Shown here piece after piece: positions 9,867-22,055 of a DNA stretch of 32,000 nt. The stretch spans positions 1-32,000 of the forward strand of contig OY970170.1 of assembly GCA_963706795.1 (NCBI GenBank). The letters are read 5' to 3'. Under the pieces are notes generated by a model that did not search any database, was not told where the DNA came from, and worked only from the letters and a program-made list of their open reading frames with translations. Each line of letters begins with the position of its first letter. Within the stretch, counting starts at the first letter, position 1. Both the position numbers and the translations under genes were made by a program. This DNA comes from Candidatus Saccharimonadota bacterium (GTDB taxonomy: Bacteria > Patescibacteriota > Gracilibacteria > BD1-5 > UBA2023).

Positions 9867-10517
9867 ATGCTGACTTTAAAAAGAGCAGTAGCAAGTTTTG
9901 CAACAACCATTCTGGCCGCTACAGTATTTATGAGTAGCGCGTTAGCATATACCGATCTGCCTGTTAACGCTGCAAAATTTCAACTTTTTAGCGGTGGCTC
10001 ACCGGTTGACAATTTCTTTGCACCTGATAATGGTCAATTTGATAAGCTCATTCTCAAGGTGCAAGATAGCAATTCGTACCAGTTACAGAACAATCCAAAC
10101 TGGGTAAATGCCAATATGCCCGTCCCGATTTCAGTAGGTGGACGTGCAAGAGTTGGCAACGGTCAGTGTGTTGATTTTGTAAAGCACATGACCGGTAATT
10201 TTGCCTCATCAAGTAACTGGCTCAAAGGCGACCACGTCAGTGAATATTGGGATCCGAATGCACTTGTTGGCAAAGTGATTGCAACATTCAATTCAAGTGG
10301 CAATTACGACAATAGTCATGTTGCTATCGTTATAAGCGCATGGAAACGAAGCGGCAGTAATACTGTAACAGATGTCTGGGTAGTGGATGCAAATTTTGTG
10401 CCTGATCACGGCTTAACAGTATCGAAGCATGCACTTAGCACTACCGGAAGCGGTTATGTCGGTAATCTTAAGAACTACTATATCGTGAAAATGAACTGAC
10501 ATTTCCAAAAGTTGTAA
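9867..10517 (+). CDS. Secreted papain-fold (CHAP/NlpC-P60-like) cysteine peptidase candidate
   Basis: Signal peptide MLTLKRAVASFATTILAATVFMSSALA. Candidate nucleophile GNGQCVDFVKH and downstream NSHVAIVIS His. SD-like GGAAGGA about 9 nt upstream. No internal TGA. TGA at 10497 is followed by 5 codons and TAA 10515-10517. Confidence 0.65.
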
Positions 10518-10526
10518 ATGAACTAT

Positions 10527-10559
10527 AAAAATCCTCGTCTTTGTGACGGGGATTTTTTT
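10527..10559. terminator. Bidirectional rho-independent terminator
   Basis: AAAAATCCTCGTC-TTTGT-GACGGGGATTTTTTT lies between convergent genes (one G-U pair in the stem). Confidence 0.7.
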
Positions 10560-10560
10560 A

Positions 10561-11271
10561 TTATCTACTCATCACCAAAGTCCCCACTACCCCGCTATCC
10601 CCGAGTCGGTCAATATCCTCGATCTTACATACAAAGAGCGGGAGTCGCTCTTCTTTGGCAAGTGCGATGGCGCTCTGATCCATGATTCGTAGATTTTTCT
10701 CGAGCGCTTCTTGATGAGTAACCTGATCATACCGCTTCGCTTCAGGGAATTTTGCAGGATCCATATCATAGACTCCATCCACTTTTGTACCCTTGACCAT
10801 AACTTCACAATTGAGTTCGAGCGCCCTGAGAACGGCAGCGGAATCAGTTGTGAAATATGGATTTCCAGTTCCAGCTACGGCGATAACCACTCTTCCCTTT
10901 TCAAGATGCTTCATAGCACGACGTCTGATGAAGAGTTCAGAAACACGTGGGATTTCGACCGCGCTCATAATGCGAACCTCTTGACCTTGTTTTTCGATAG
11001 CATCGCCGAGCGCGATACCATTCATGACGGTGGCGAGCATTCCCATATAGTCAGCACTCGAACGATCGATTCCCTCTGCTGCACCAGATACTCATCGGAA
11101 AATATTGCCACCTCCGATGACGATCACGACTTCTTTTTTGGCAATCTTTACGAGGTACACGATTTTAGAAGCGAGTGTATGAAGAAAATCCACGTCGATT
11201 CCGTGGTCATTTTTTCATTGAAGTGCTTCACCTGAGAGCTTAAGGAGGTATCGTTTACTCTTGCTGATCAT
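10561..11271 (-). CDS. pyrH: UMP kinase
   Basis: MISKSKRYLLKLSGEALQ-G-KNDHGID...[36 protein letters not shown]... TGAs at 11215-11217 and 11092-11094 fall on the conserved Gly of GEALxG and GGGNIFRG. Stop TAA 10561-10563. Confidence 0.93.
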
Positions 11272-11282
11272 AAAAAATGTAT

Positions 11283-11308
11283 AAAAAAAGCTCCCAACGA
11301 GGAGAGCT
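11283..11308 (-). terminator. Probable rho-independent terminator (minus strand)
   Basis: Minus strand reads AGCTCTCC-TCGT-TGGGAGCT followed by T7. It overlaps the TAG stop of the 11307..11882 gene. Confidence 0.5.
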
Positions 11309-11882
11309 AAAAAATAAAAAACGACAGAGTGGCCGAAACCGTTATCAAAAGAAGCACGAGTACGATAAGTACGTAAAGCGTGAGCTTTGATTTTTCGGAG
11401 TCGATTTTGAGTTGGGTAATCTCTGATTCAAATTGTTTCTTTTCTTCTTCTGTCTTGGATTTTGCAGACTCGAGAAGGAAGGTCGCTTTTTTGTACTCAA
11501 TCATCGAAATCGAATTTTTGAGCTCAGACTCAGCATGTCCAGCGCGGTACGACAAATCCTGGATCACACGATCCTTCTCGCCAATTCGCTTCATTGCGTC
11601 TTCGTACAGATCCCGATAGTCCACCATCACCGGCTTACGTCTAAATCCTGTCTCAGTAGGCATCTCATCAAAAAATACAATATCCTCTGTCTTTACGCTG
11701 TCCGTTGCCCGAATAAGCTCTGGCTCAGAACCCTGGAGCACAACAATATCCTCATCATGAATGAAGATCTTTTTCCCCTTACGCTTCGTACGAAGCTTTC
11801 CCGACTTAACATATCGATCAAGCGTACGAGTGGAAATCTCAAGAATGTCTGCAGCTTCTTCGCGTGAATGAGTATAGGACAC
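11307..11882 (-). CDS. Membrane-tethered helix-turn-helix protein (N-terminal excisionase/MerR-type HTH, coiled coil, C-terminal TM anchor)
   Basis: EEAADILEISTRTLDRYVKSGKL HTH. A charged, heptad-like middle region. C-terminal LTLYVLIVLVLLLITVSATLSFFIF. Stop TAG. Confidence 0.7.
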   Translation of the reverse strand: MSYTHSREEAADILEISTRTLDRYVKSGKLRTKRKGKKIFIHDEDIVVLQGSEPELIRATDSVKTEDIVFFDEMPTETGFRRKPVMVDYRDLYEDAMKRIGEKDRVIQDLSYRAGHAESELKNSISMIEYKKATFLLESAKSKTEEEKKQFESEITQLKIDSEKSKLTLYVLIVLVLLLITVSATLSFFIF

Positions 11883-12080
11883 TGGCTCTGGTTTTATTGG
11901 GGATTATTATAGGGAAAATGAGCGAAAGGCAATGGAAAACTCGGAACCTACTGCTTATGTTTAGCTCTTACCTCTCATATAAAATCTTCAAAATTTTGAG
12001 AATACGGGATATCTCTCACATATTCGAAGAGAGTAATTCTTTTAAATACCTCTTCTTGAGACATAGGACGTTATCAAAAG

Positions 12081-12416
12081 TTAATCCGCTAAAAGTATTT
12101 GCTCTAGAGTAACCTTCAGTGCTGGCAAATCCTTCTCGATCGTTTCCCAAACTTCCTCGATATCTATCCCAATATAGTCATGAGCGATAAAATTTCGAAA
12201 ACCAATCATGTCACGATATGGTAACTGCTCGTCGTCTGGAAAGTATGTCTTGCACTTGTTTGCAGTTTCTCATAAATGCTGGAATTGCATGAGACATGCA
12301 TCTTTCACGAGATTATTCTGTGCGAAAGTTCGTGCATTGAGACCCGCACTATAGAGAGAAATAGCTCTTATAGCCTCAAACATCCAGAGAAAGTATATTT
12401 TTTTGTCCTTTTTCAT
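12081..12416 (-). CDS. hepT: HEPN-domain (DUF86) toxin of an MNT-HEPN toxin-antitoxin pair
   Basis: R-x4-H motif FRNFIAHDY. QHL-G-ETA with TGA 12270-12272 at the conserved (I/L)GE glycine. 111 aa. Stop TAA 12081-12083. Starts 5 nt after the MNT stop. Confidence 0.8.
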
Positions 12417-12421
12417 AGAAA

Positions 12422-12727
12422 CTAAAAAACAAACACTTTATCCTCGAGGATATTTTCACGAATCTCTGGGCGAATAGCCTTTTCAGAGATGAGATCAATA
12501 TTTCTACCAAGCTTCTCCTCGAGTGAGACTTTAAGGTTTCAGATATTGAAGAGTGTTATCGAACTATTTTCTTGCTTCTGGTAGATAAGATCGATGTCAC
12601 TTGCTGCAGTTTGCTCATTGCGTGAAAAAGACCCCGTCAGATAGACATGCTGTACATGATTCCGACGAAAAATATCTCGTACTTCTGACGAGCGGAGTGC
12701 TTCGAGTATATTGATCTGTTCTGTCAT
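12422..12727 (-). CDS. mntA: Minimal nucleotidyltransferase (MNT) antitoxin
   Basis: LTGSFSRNEQTAASDIDLIY (the G-S-x-x-R...D-x-D pol-beta NTase motif). TGA 12539-12541 read-through adds ...NLKVSLEEKLGRNIDLISEKAIRPEIRENILEDKVFVF. Stop TAG 12422-12424. Confidence 0.85.
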
Positions 12728-12763
12728 GCAGTTATTGTAATAAAATCTGCTTCAGTGCAAAAC

Positions 12764-12787
12764 AAATCCCCGTTCTCACGGGGATTT
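12764..12787 (-). terminator. Hairpin terminator downstream of gyrB
   Basis: AAATCCCCG-TTCTCA-CGGGGATTT starts 4 nt after the gyrB stop. The T-tract on the minus strand is imperfect. Confidence 0.55.
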
Positions 12788-12790
12788 TCA

Positions 12791-15434
<2,644 letters not shown>

Positions 15435-15468
15435 TTTGCGACAAAAAAGCTTTGCGTAGAATGCCACC

Positions 15469-16452
15469 ATGATCCAAAAACTCGAACACCATCTCGCTGA
15501 TATTCTGAGCAAAAATATGCTCTATACTGCAGGTCCATGCATCCTGCTTTTTGATGTTGAATCTCCGCTTGCCACAATGCTTACTCAGGCCTATGACGCA
15601 GTGTTGCCTACAGAAGCAGTACGTACCAAATTTATACAAGAAGAGCAGGAATCAATCACCAAATCGCTCTTTGATCTCCCGAAGTGAAGCCTCGTCATCC
15701 TCGTGCAATCGACGAGTTTTAGACTGTCAGATTTTCGGATCCGTCTTGAGCTATTTCATCGAGGAATTGATGTACTCGAACACAACCATCTCGGATATAT
15801 TCCTGAGGAGCAATTTGAGACCTTTATAGACTCGCTCGAGTATCACACACCAGAATATCTCGATACTGCCAAACATATTGAGCAAGCCATCACCAAATGA
15901 TCTAGCGGCACGCTCATTATGCAGAGCTGAAATGAGCTCACATTTGGTCCGCTCGAACGACCACGAGCGAATTCGGGAGATTATTCACAGAGCGAAAATC
16001 GAGGTGGGACATTTCCAATTGGAGAAGTATTTTCGGAATGCCAAGATCTCGAGAGTATGTCTGGAAGCATCGACATCTTTGGATATCCAGACACAAATTT
16101 TGGAATGGTGACCGGCGAGACTTTTACAGTACAAATCCAAAATGGACGACTCATTCGCGCAGCTGGATATCCAGCTGATTTTGATCTCATTCTCGACAAA
16201 ATTGTTGCCACTGAAGGCGAAATCTGGGTCCGTGAAATCGGTATTGGACTCAATCGCGCAATCTCACGTTCAAAACCGCTCTCAGATGTAAACTATTTTG
16301 AGCGTCAATTCTGAGTCCATCTTTCGCTCGGTAAAAAACACGGAATCTACGGCAAAAAACTTCCAAAAGAGGAAGTTCAGAGGTACCACATCGACGTATT
16401 TCTCGACGCAAAGAGCTTAAAAATCGAAGGATTCGAAATGCAATTCGTATAG
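15469..16452 (+). CDS. M29-like (AmpS/PepS/aminopeptidase T family) metallopeptidase candidate
   Basis: Three track ORFs (15469, 15703, 16057) are in frame 1, joined by TGAs at 15685, 15898, 15928 and 16312. GGTFPIGEVFSEC...SGSIDIFGYP, REIGIGLNRAI...ERQF-G-VHLSLG and YHIDVF resemble M29 metal-binding and active-site blocks. Stop TAG 16450-16452. Confidence 0.6.
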
Positions 16453-17292
16453 CTATGCAAAGAGCTCAAGTTTTGCGTTCTTTGAGCGGAATACTACGCC
16501 ATCATATGTCATAATAGCTCATTCAACCTCACCACTACTGAGGAGATTGAATGCTTCTTCGAGACCCAAAACACAGAGTGCAGTGGCGTAACCATCGGCG
16601 ATCATGCCATCAGAGGATTCGACGAATGCTCCGAGGACTTGATTGGTATTTTGTCCACTTCTAGGATCAACGAGATGATGAAGGTTATCGCTCATTTTGC
16701 GTTTTGCACCGGACGACACACAAAAAAATCAATCCTGAATCGTGATCGTACCAATTGCCTTGGTAATATCTCTTGGGTCTTCGAGGGCGATTTCAAACCC
16801 TCATTTTGCATAAATATCTCAACCAAAATCAACGAGATATCGATCATGATGCGCGAGCATTTTTGAGAGCTCATGGAGCATGTAGCCCTTCCCTACTCCG
16901 CCAAACTCGAGGTGTATACCATTATGCAGAATAACCTTATACGGATGAAGCTCAATATGTTCATACCCGATAGCGCACACATTCTGAATTTCATCCTTCC
17001 GTCCGTAACCGAGACGCGAGAGGAGTGAGCCCACTGTGGGATCAAATGCCCCATGGGTTCGTTTGGCAAGATCGAGAGCAAAGGCGATCATGCGATAGCC
17101 TTCTTCGTCGATATCAGAAGAACCGGTTTTATTAAGAATATCGAGCCAATTCCCTGGTAAAAAACGGGAATATTTTTCTTCAAAAGCGAGAATACGGGCC
17201 CGAATACAACGAAAATCCTCGTCCGTAGACGAGGATGATTCCACCATAATATTCAGATGTGTACCGAGACAATCGAGCGAAAAAGTCGACAT
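16453..17292 (-). CDS. apbE: ApbE-family FAD:protein FMN transferase
   Basis: FGGVGKGYMLHE, LVDFG-G-DIYAK-G-G, FCVSSGAKRK...HHLVDPRSG and ADGYATALCVLG blocks. Four in-frame TGAs (16819, 16801, 16729, 16519). Stop TAG 16453-16455 abuts the convergent gene's stop. No signal peptide seen. Confidence 0.8.
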
Positions 17293-17299
17293 ACCCAAA

Positions 17300-17929
17300 T
17301 TAGAGAGCTGAGATGAATTTTACAAAAGCATCTGTCGTGAGACTTGCTCCACCTACTGCGTGGATCTTGAGAGACTTGAGGTCCTGTCCAACCGCCTGTG
17401 CAACAATCGCATCGCGGAATTTCCCCTGGAGCATCTTACTAATGTCGTGAGTTGCCTTTGGAGTAACACTCACCGCTGTAATTTTTCCATCAGTTACCGT
17501 TACTGAAAATCCAACATCGTCCATTCCTGCTGGAGTGTTATAACTCACAGTATTTGCATGAACCTCTGACTTGCTTGTTGGCGCTGGAGTCGTAACTGCA
17601 GGCTTTGTAGTCTCAGAAGAAGCTGGAGTTGGAGTCGTTGTAACTGGAGTAGTTGTCGACATATCTGCAGGAACTGCAGGAGCAGTTGTATCAGAACTTG
17701 TAGTAGTTCCTACGCTTCCAGTCATCGCACTTCCATTTGTTGTCATTGCATCAGCACCAGTAGCTGTTACCTCAGAAACACCAGAAGAAGTTGTTACAGG
17801 AGTAACTACATCAGTCTTTGCTGGAGCAACCACTGGAGGAGTTGCCGTCTCTGGAGCAGGAGCCTGAGTACAAGAAGCAAGGGTACCAACGAGAGAAAGC
17901 GCTGCAACCGAAGGAAGAATTCGTTTCAT
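17300..17929 (-). CDS. Lipoprotein with a Thr/Pro/Ser-rich linker and a C-terminal FMN-binding (FMN_bind-like) domain
   Basis: MKRILPSVAALSLVGTLASC lipobox. A low-complexity linker of about 100 aa. C-terminal VSYNTPAGMDDVGFSVTVTDGKITAVSV...KIHAVGGASLTTDAF resembles FMN_bind with an imperfect [ST]GA[ST] flavinylation motif. Start at ATG 17927-17929, not the track's 17986. Confidence 0.7.
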   Translation of the reverse strand: MKRILPSVAALSLVGTLASCTQAPAPETATPPVVAPAKTDVVTPVTTSSGVSEVTATGADAMTTNGSAMTGSVGTTTSSDTTAPAVPADMSTTTPVTTTPTPASSETTKPAVTTPAPTSKSEVHANTVSYNTPAGMDDVGFSVTVTDGKITAVSVTPKATHDISKMLQGKFRDAIVAQAVGQDLKSLKIHAVGGASLTTDAFVKFISAL

Positions 17930-18035
17930 GGAAAAAAATGAGAAAAAAGTAATAGCGAAATGTATACGATTTTTTAATGAAATCAAATTTCAGAAACAAA
18001 ACGAATCCCTATTTAAGATAGAGTTAAATCTCTCA

Positions 18036-19739
18036 CTAATCGTTCCACTTTCTCGAAAATTTATCTCGGATTCGGCGCGCCTCATTTTTACCAAGTTTTT
18101 CTTCGAGTACGAGTGCGAGCTCACCGTCTTCTTGCCAAAGAGACATATCAAAGTCGAGGCCACGCTCTTTTTTGAGTCGGTAATCACTATAGTTTCCATA
18201 GCTCACAATGAGCTCTCCATCCTCAATGATCCAGAGATGCGATGCGAGCTTATTTACAAAATATCGATCGTGCGAAATAAAGAGAATCGCTCCTTTATAA
18301 TGTCGAAGTGATTTTTCGAGAGATTCGCGTGCATCGTAGTCGAGATGGTTCGTTGGCTCATCGAGCACCAGAACATTCGCTGGCTTCTGTCCAATGATTG
18401 CAAAAAGGATTTTTGAAACCTGCCCACCGGAGAAGGCAAAAAGTGGCTTCTCAAGATCAAAATAATCAAATCCATAATTCCCAAGCAGTCCCGCAATACG
18501 CTCACGAGAAAATCCCATTCCGTGGATTTCAAAATTTTCGTAGAGTGTCTTATCAAAGACGAGCTCCTCGTGCATTTGAGAATAGTAGACGATATCATTC
18601 CCCTTACCACCACTCTGAATACCATCAAGTAGTGGAATCTTACCAAGGATCGTTTTGAGAAATGTGGATTTTCCTACACCATTTTCGCCCACGATTCCAA
18701 TACGGTGCCCCGCCCCAAAAGTCACTTCCGGTACATAAAAAAGCGGCTCAGTACGCCCGATGAAGGCTTCTTTGAGATAAACAATCTTGTCTGATGGGCG
18801 ATCAGTAAAATTCCACAAGAAAGTTGGGCGAAATGGGATCTGTGGAGGTGGAATAAGATCCACTTTTTCGAGTGCACGTTCACGACTCTTGGCAAAGCCA
18901 GCACGCGATCCAGCTCGAAATCGATTGATGAGCTGTTTTTCGGACTTGAGATGTTCTTGTTGTTCTCCGTAGACTTTGGCAGCTTTTTCTTCTCGCTTGT
19001 ATTTTTCGGTGATATATTTGGAGTAATTCCCGTGGTATATCTCGAGTGGTCGGATCTTTTCGACGTCATAGATGATCGCACATGTCGCATCGAGAAATTC
19101 TCGATCGTGGGAAATAATCATGAAACCACCCTTCCATGTTTCATTAAGATACTCCTCGAGCCATTCGACTGATGCGAGATCAATGAAGTTGGTTGGTTCG
19201 TCCAAAAACAAAAAGTCTGGCCGTGAAAGCAGGACTTTTGCAAGTGCTACCTTGGTGCGCTGACCCCCAGAGATTTCTTTGATAGAGCGGCCGATGAGCT
19301 CAAAAATCCCAAGTCCACGAGCAACTCGATCGATTTCACGCTCATAGTCATATCCTCAATATACATGGAATTTTTCGAGCACTTCACTATATCGCTCGAC
19401 ACCGTTGTCTTCGTCCATGTGTTCTTCGGCGTATGCAAGCTCTTTTTCGAGCGCGAGAATATCACCAAATGCGAGGCGAAGCTCTTCTTTTACATTTCGA
19501 TCTTCGACATCGAAGTGGATTTGCGAGAGATATCCGAGACTCATTGAGCCCGTATTCGCGATGGATCCGTCGTAGTTTTTGATTTCGCCTGTCAGTATCT
19601 TCATGAGTGTGGTCTTCCCTGCGCCATTGGGTCCGACCATACCGATCCGATCATTTTCATTAATCACACACGAAATCCCACGGAGAATATCCGTGCCATC
19701 CACTTCATAACGAGTGATATCGACGCTTAAGTGTTTCAT
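18036..19739 (-). CDS. ABC-F family ATPase (two ABC domains, no TM domain)
   Basis: Two Walker A motifs (GPNGAGKTT, GENGVGKST), two signature motifs (ISGGQRTK, FSGGQVSK) and Walker B motifs (FLFLDEPTN, VLVLDEPTN). Track ORFs 19356..19739 and 18036..19211 are in the same frame, joined by TGA 19356-19358. Stop TAG. Confidence 0.9.
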
Positions 19740-19849
19740 GTTGGTGTATTGTAGAGATGAGGAATGTTTACCAAAAACATTTTAGAGGCAAACCACTAAA
19801 GATCCTACTAAGATGAATTATCTTCCTCGAAAAGGAGGTAAAAATTCTG

Positions 19850-19909
19850 ATGAAAAAATCATTTTATTTAATACAATCGATAAGTCTGATTTTTAAAATT
19901 CATCCTTAA
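19850..19909 (+). CDS. 19-codon small ORF with a near-perfect Shine-Dalgarno (MKKSFYLIQSISLIFKIHP); speculative
   Basis: AAAGGAGGT at 19831-19839, 10 nt before ATG 19850. TAA 19907-19909 lies 4 nt before the next ATG, and that gene has no SD of its own. Confidence 0.25.
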   Translation: MKKSFYLIQSISLIFKIHP

Positions 19910-19913
19910 TAAG

Positions 19914-20435
19914 ATGCCGCGAGCAAAACAAATTGTAAAGCCAGGCGATGTCTTGGCAATCCCCCTCCCTGATGGTCGTTTTGCATTTGGGAGAATGTTC
20001 AAAGAAGGGGATATGTGAGTCTATGCAAAACTTGGTTCAACAATTGATGAAGTCCCAATCGGCTTTAGATTGTTTGCGTTCCAAACAGGTATTTACAAAG
20101 ATGTTGTGAGCAGTGGCATTTGGCCAAAGGTTGCTAAGGATCCATTTGAGAACCCCGAGCATAATTGGCCCGTACAACAATATGGAGGTCAATTATGGGA
20201 GAAATTTATTGACATATATGACCATGGCTACCCTATAAGAAAAGCATTACCAACAGAGGTTGTTGGCTGGGAAGCAGTTGGAGCATCAGATGTTCATCAC
20301 ATAGTTGATCGAATTTTAGCTGCATCGCAAAATATACGATCCAAATGGGAATTGAATGCACCTTGGCAAGTAGATTTTCTCGATCTCACTGATCCAGGTA
20401 ATCCAAAAAGAGTTGCTCCGCGAAAATTTGACTAA
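19914..20435 (+). CDS. Hypothetical protein; the N-terminus weakly recalls polymorphic-toxin immunity proteins (Imm26-like KPGDV..IPL.DGR..FGR)
   Basis: ATG 19914 is in frame with track ORF 20070..20435 through TGA 20016-20018. Stop TAA. The functional suggestion comes from a remembered motif only. Confidence 0.55.
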
Positions 20436-20671
20436 AACAAGACCCAAGCTCACAAAAGAAGTATTTCAAACTCGGTTTGACTAATTTGATCCTTCATGGT
20501 CAAATATATAGGCCGGCACGAAATATTTCCTTAGCACCAAGCGCCTATGGTTCTGTAAACAATACCAATAATCATACATGGGGACAAACTTGAAGTTTTA
20601 CTAGAATATCACGCTCTCGAAACTTTAATTCGGCTTCGAAAGCATTCATTTTTGTGATATTTCACACTTCC

Positions 20672-20702
20672 AAAAAACCTTCCTTGGCCGGAAGGTTTTT
20701 TG
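20672..20702. terminator. Bidirectional rho-independent terminator
   Basis: AAAAAACCTTCC-TTGGCC-GGAAGGTTTTTT, just downstream of the queA stop (20710) on the minus strand. Confidence 0.7.
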
Positions 20703-20709
20703 TTGGTTG

Positions 20710-21861
20710 CTAGATGAGCAGCATGCCGTCTCCAAAGCTATAAAATCGATAATTCAGACGAATTGCCTCCGCGTAGAGTTCAAAGAGTTTTTCTCTTCAT
20801 AAAAAAGCACTCATCATGCACAAAAGCGTACTCTCAGGCAGATGAAAATTGGTCACGATTGCGTCGACGATGGCAAATTTGTGACCTGGATAGATAAATA
20901 TTTTTGTGCCCACACGGACACTCGTCGCATCAACCGAAAATACACGGATATTGTCCGAATCAGATATCCTCACATCCCAAAATGCGCGTACAGTGTCAGG
21001 AACTGTCACCTGATCTCGGATTGCACCCCAGAGTTTTGGAAGTGATTCGAGCGTGCGAACCATTGTGGTTCCGACTCAGATAACGCGTTTATTTTGCATC
21101 TTTAGATTCGCAATTCGTTCAAAAATATCGACGGGAATTTCAAAATATTCCTCGTGCATCTCATGATCGCGAATATCGGGCGAATTCATGATTTTAAAAG
21201 TCCCAATTCAGACGTGCAGTGTTGCAAAAGCAGTTTGAATATCCGCAGATGTAAGATCATCTAAAAGCTTCTGCGAAAAATGAAGCGAAGCCGTCGGCGC
21301 AGCGAGTGAACCATCTTTTTGAGCGAATACTGTTTGATAATCCTCCGCCTTTGCATCGTCGTATTCGATATAGGGTGGAAGTGGTAATCGTCCGTATTCC
21401 ATAAGGAAATCCATAATATTTCCACCACTCAAGAGCTCAAAAGTACGCCCCTCATAGGTGATCGCATCCACCTTAAAGCGATACTCCCCAAGCTCTACGA
21501 TCGTTCCGATTGGGAAATAGTCTCATGGATAGACCATAGATTCAAAATGCGTTTCATCATAAGATCTCAGATAGAGAAGCTCCGCGCCTCGTTCACGCAT
21601 AACTCCTGATGGCCGCGTGATCTTAAAGGCATCATTAATTATCCGCGCCGGCAGCACCTTCGAATCATTAAAAAAGAGCGTATCACCTGCAGCTAAAAGA
21701 TCAGGAAGATTTGCAAAAGATTGGTGCTCTGAACTCTCTGTCTTGCGATCATAAACAAACAGTTTTGCACTTTCGGCTGGATGAACAGGGACTTGTGCAA
21801 TCTGAGATGGTGGCAGATCGTAGCGATAGGACGCAAGATCAAAATCAGTTTCGTGTAACAT
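20710..21861 (-). CDS. queA: S-adenosylmethionine:tRNA ribosyltransferase-isomerase
   Basis: Three track ORFs share one frame, joined by TGAs at 21523, 21208, about 21076 and 20797. [55 protein letters not shown] (TGA at the invariant Gly), [23 protein letters not shown]. Start ATG 21859-21861. Stop TAG 20710-20712. Confidence 0.9.
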
Positions 21862-21917
21862 GCACGAAATATAAAGGAAGCAGGCATGTTTGCAAACAGA
21901 ATGCAAGTCACTTCCCT

Positions 21918-21946
21918 TTGACAAAAAATGAGCCTGCCCTATCAAT
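21918..21946 (+). promoter_or_regulatory. Candidate sigma70-like promoter for the 22056 gene
   Basis: TTGACA (21918-21923), 17-nt spacer, ATCAAT (21941-21946). Confidence 0.35.
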
Positions 21947-22055
21947 AGATGCAATCCACCATTATCTTTTGGGGAATATTGGAGTTCACCGAGTCTCACT
22001 ACTCGTTCCGCAATATTTTCCCATCTGAAGTGAATCGGATGGGAACGGAGTTAGA

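Noticed and set aside
10711-11235. Plus-strand ORF of 174 aa
   Set aside because: It is antisense to pyrH.
11864-12112. Plus-strand ORF of 82 aa, and a 38-codon minus-strand ORF near 11950..12064
   Set aside because: Neither has an RBS, motif or supporting context, and the plus ORF overlaps the HEPN gene end. The region is more likely the promoter/5' region of the HTH gene.
17571-17867. Plus-strand ORF (98 aa, Val/Gly/Ala-rich)
   Set aside because: It is a mirror-image artefact of the Thr/Pro/Ser-rich linker of the minus-strand lipoprotein.
17930-17986. 19-aa upstream extension of the FMN-binding lipoprotein, and similar upstream extensions of queA (21862..21999)
   Set aside because: Internal ATGs give canonical N-termini (lipoprotein signal MKRIL...LASC; QueA begins just before [11 protein letters not shown]).
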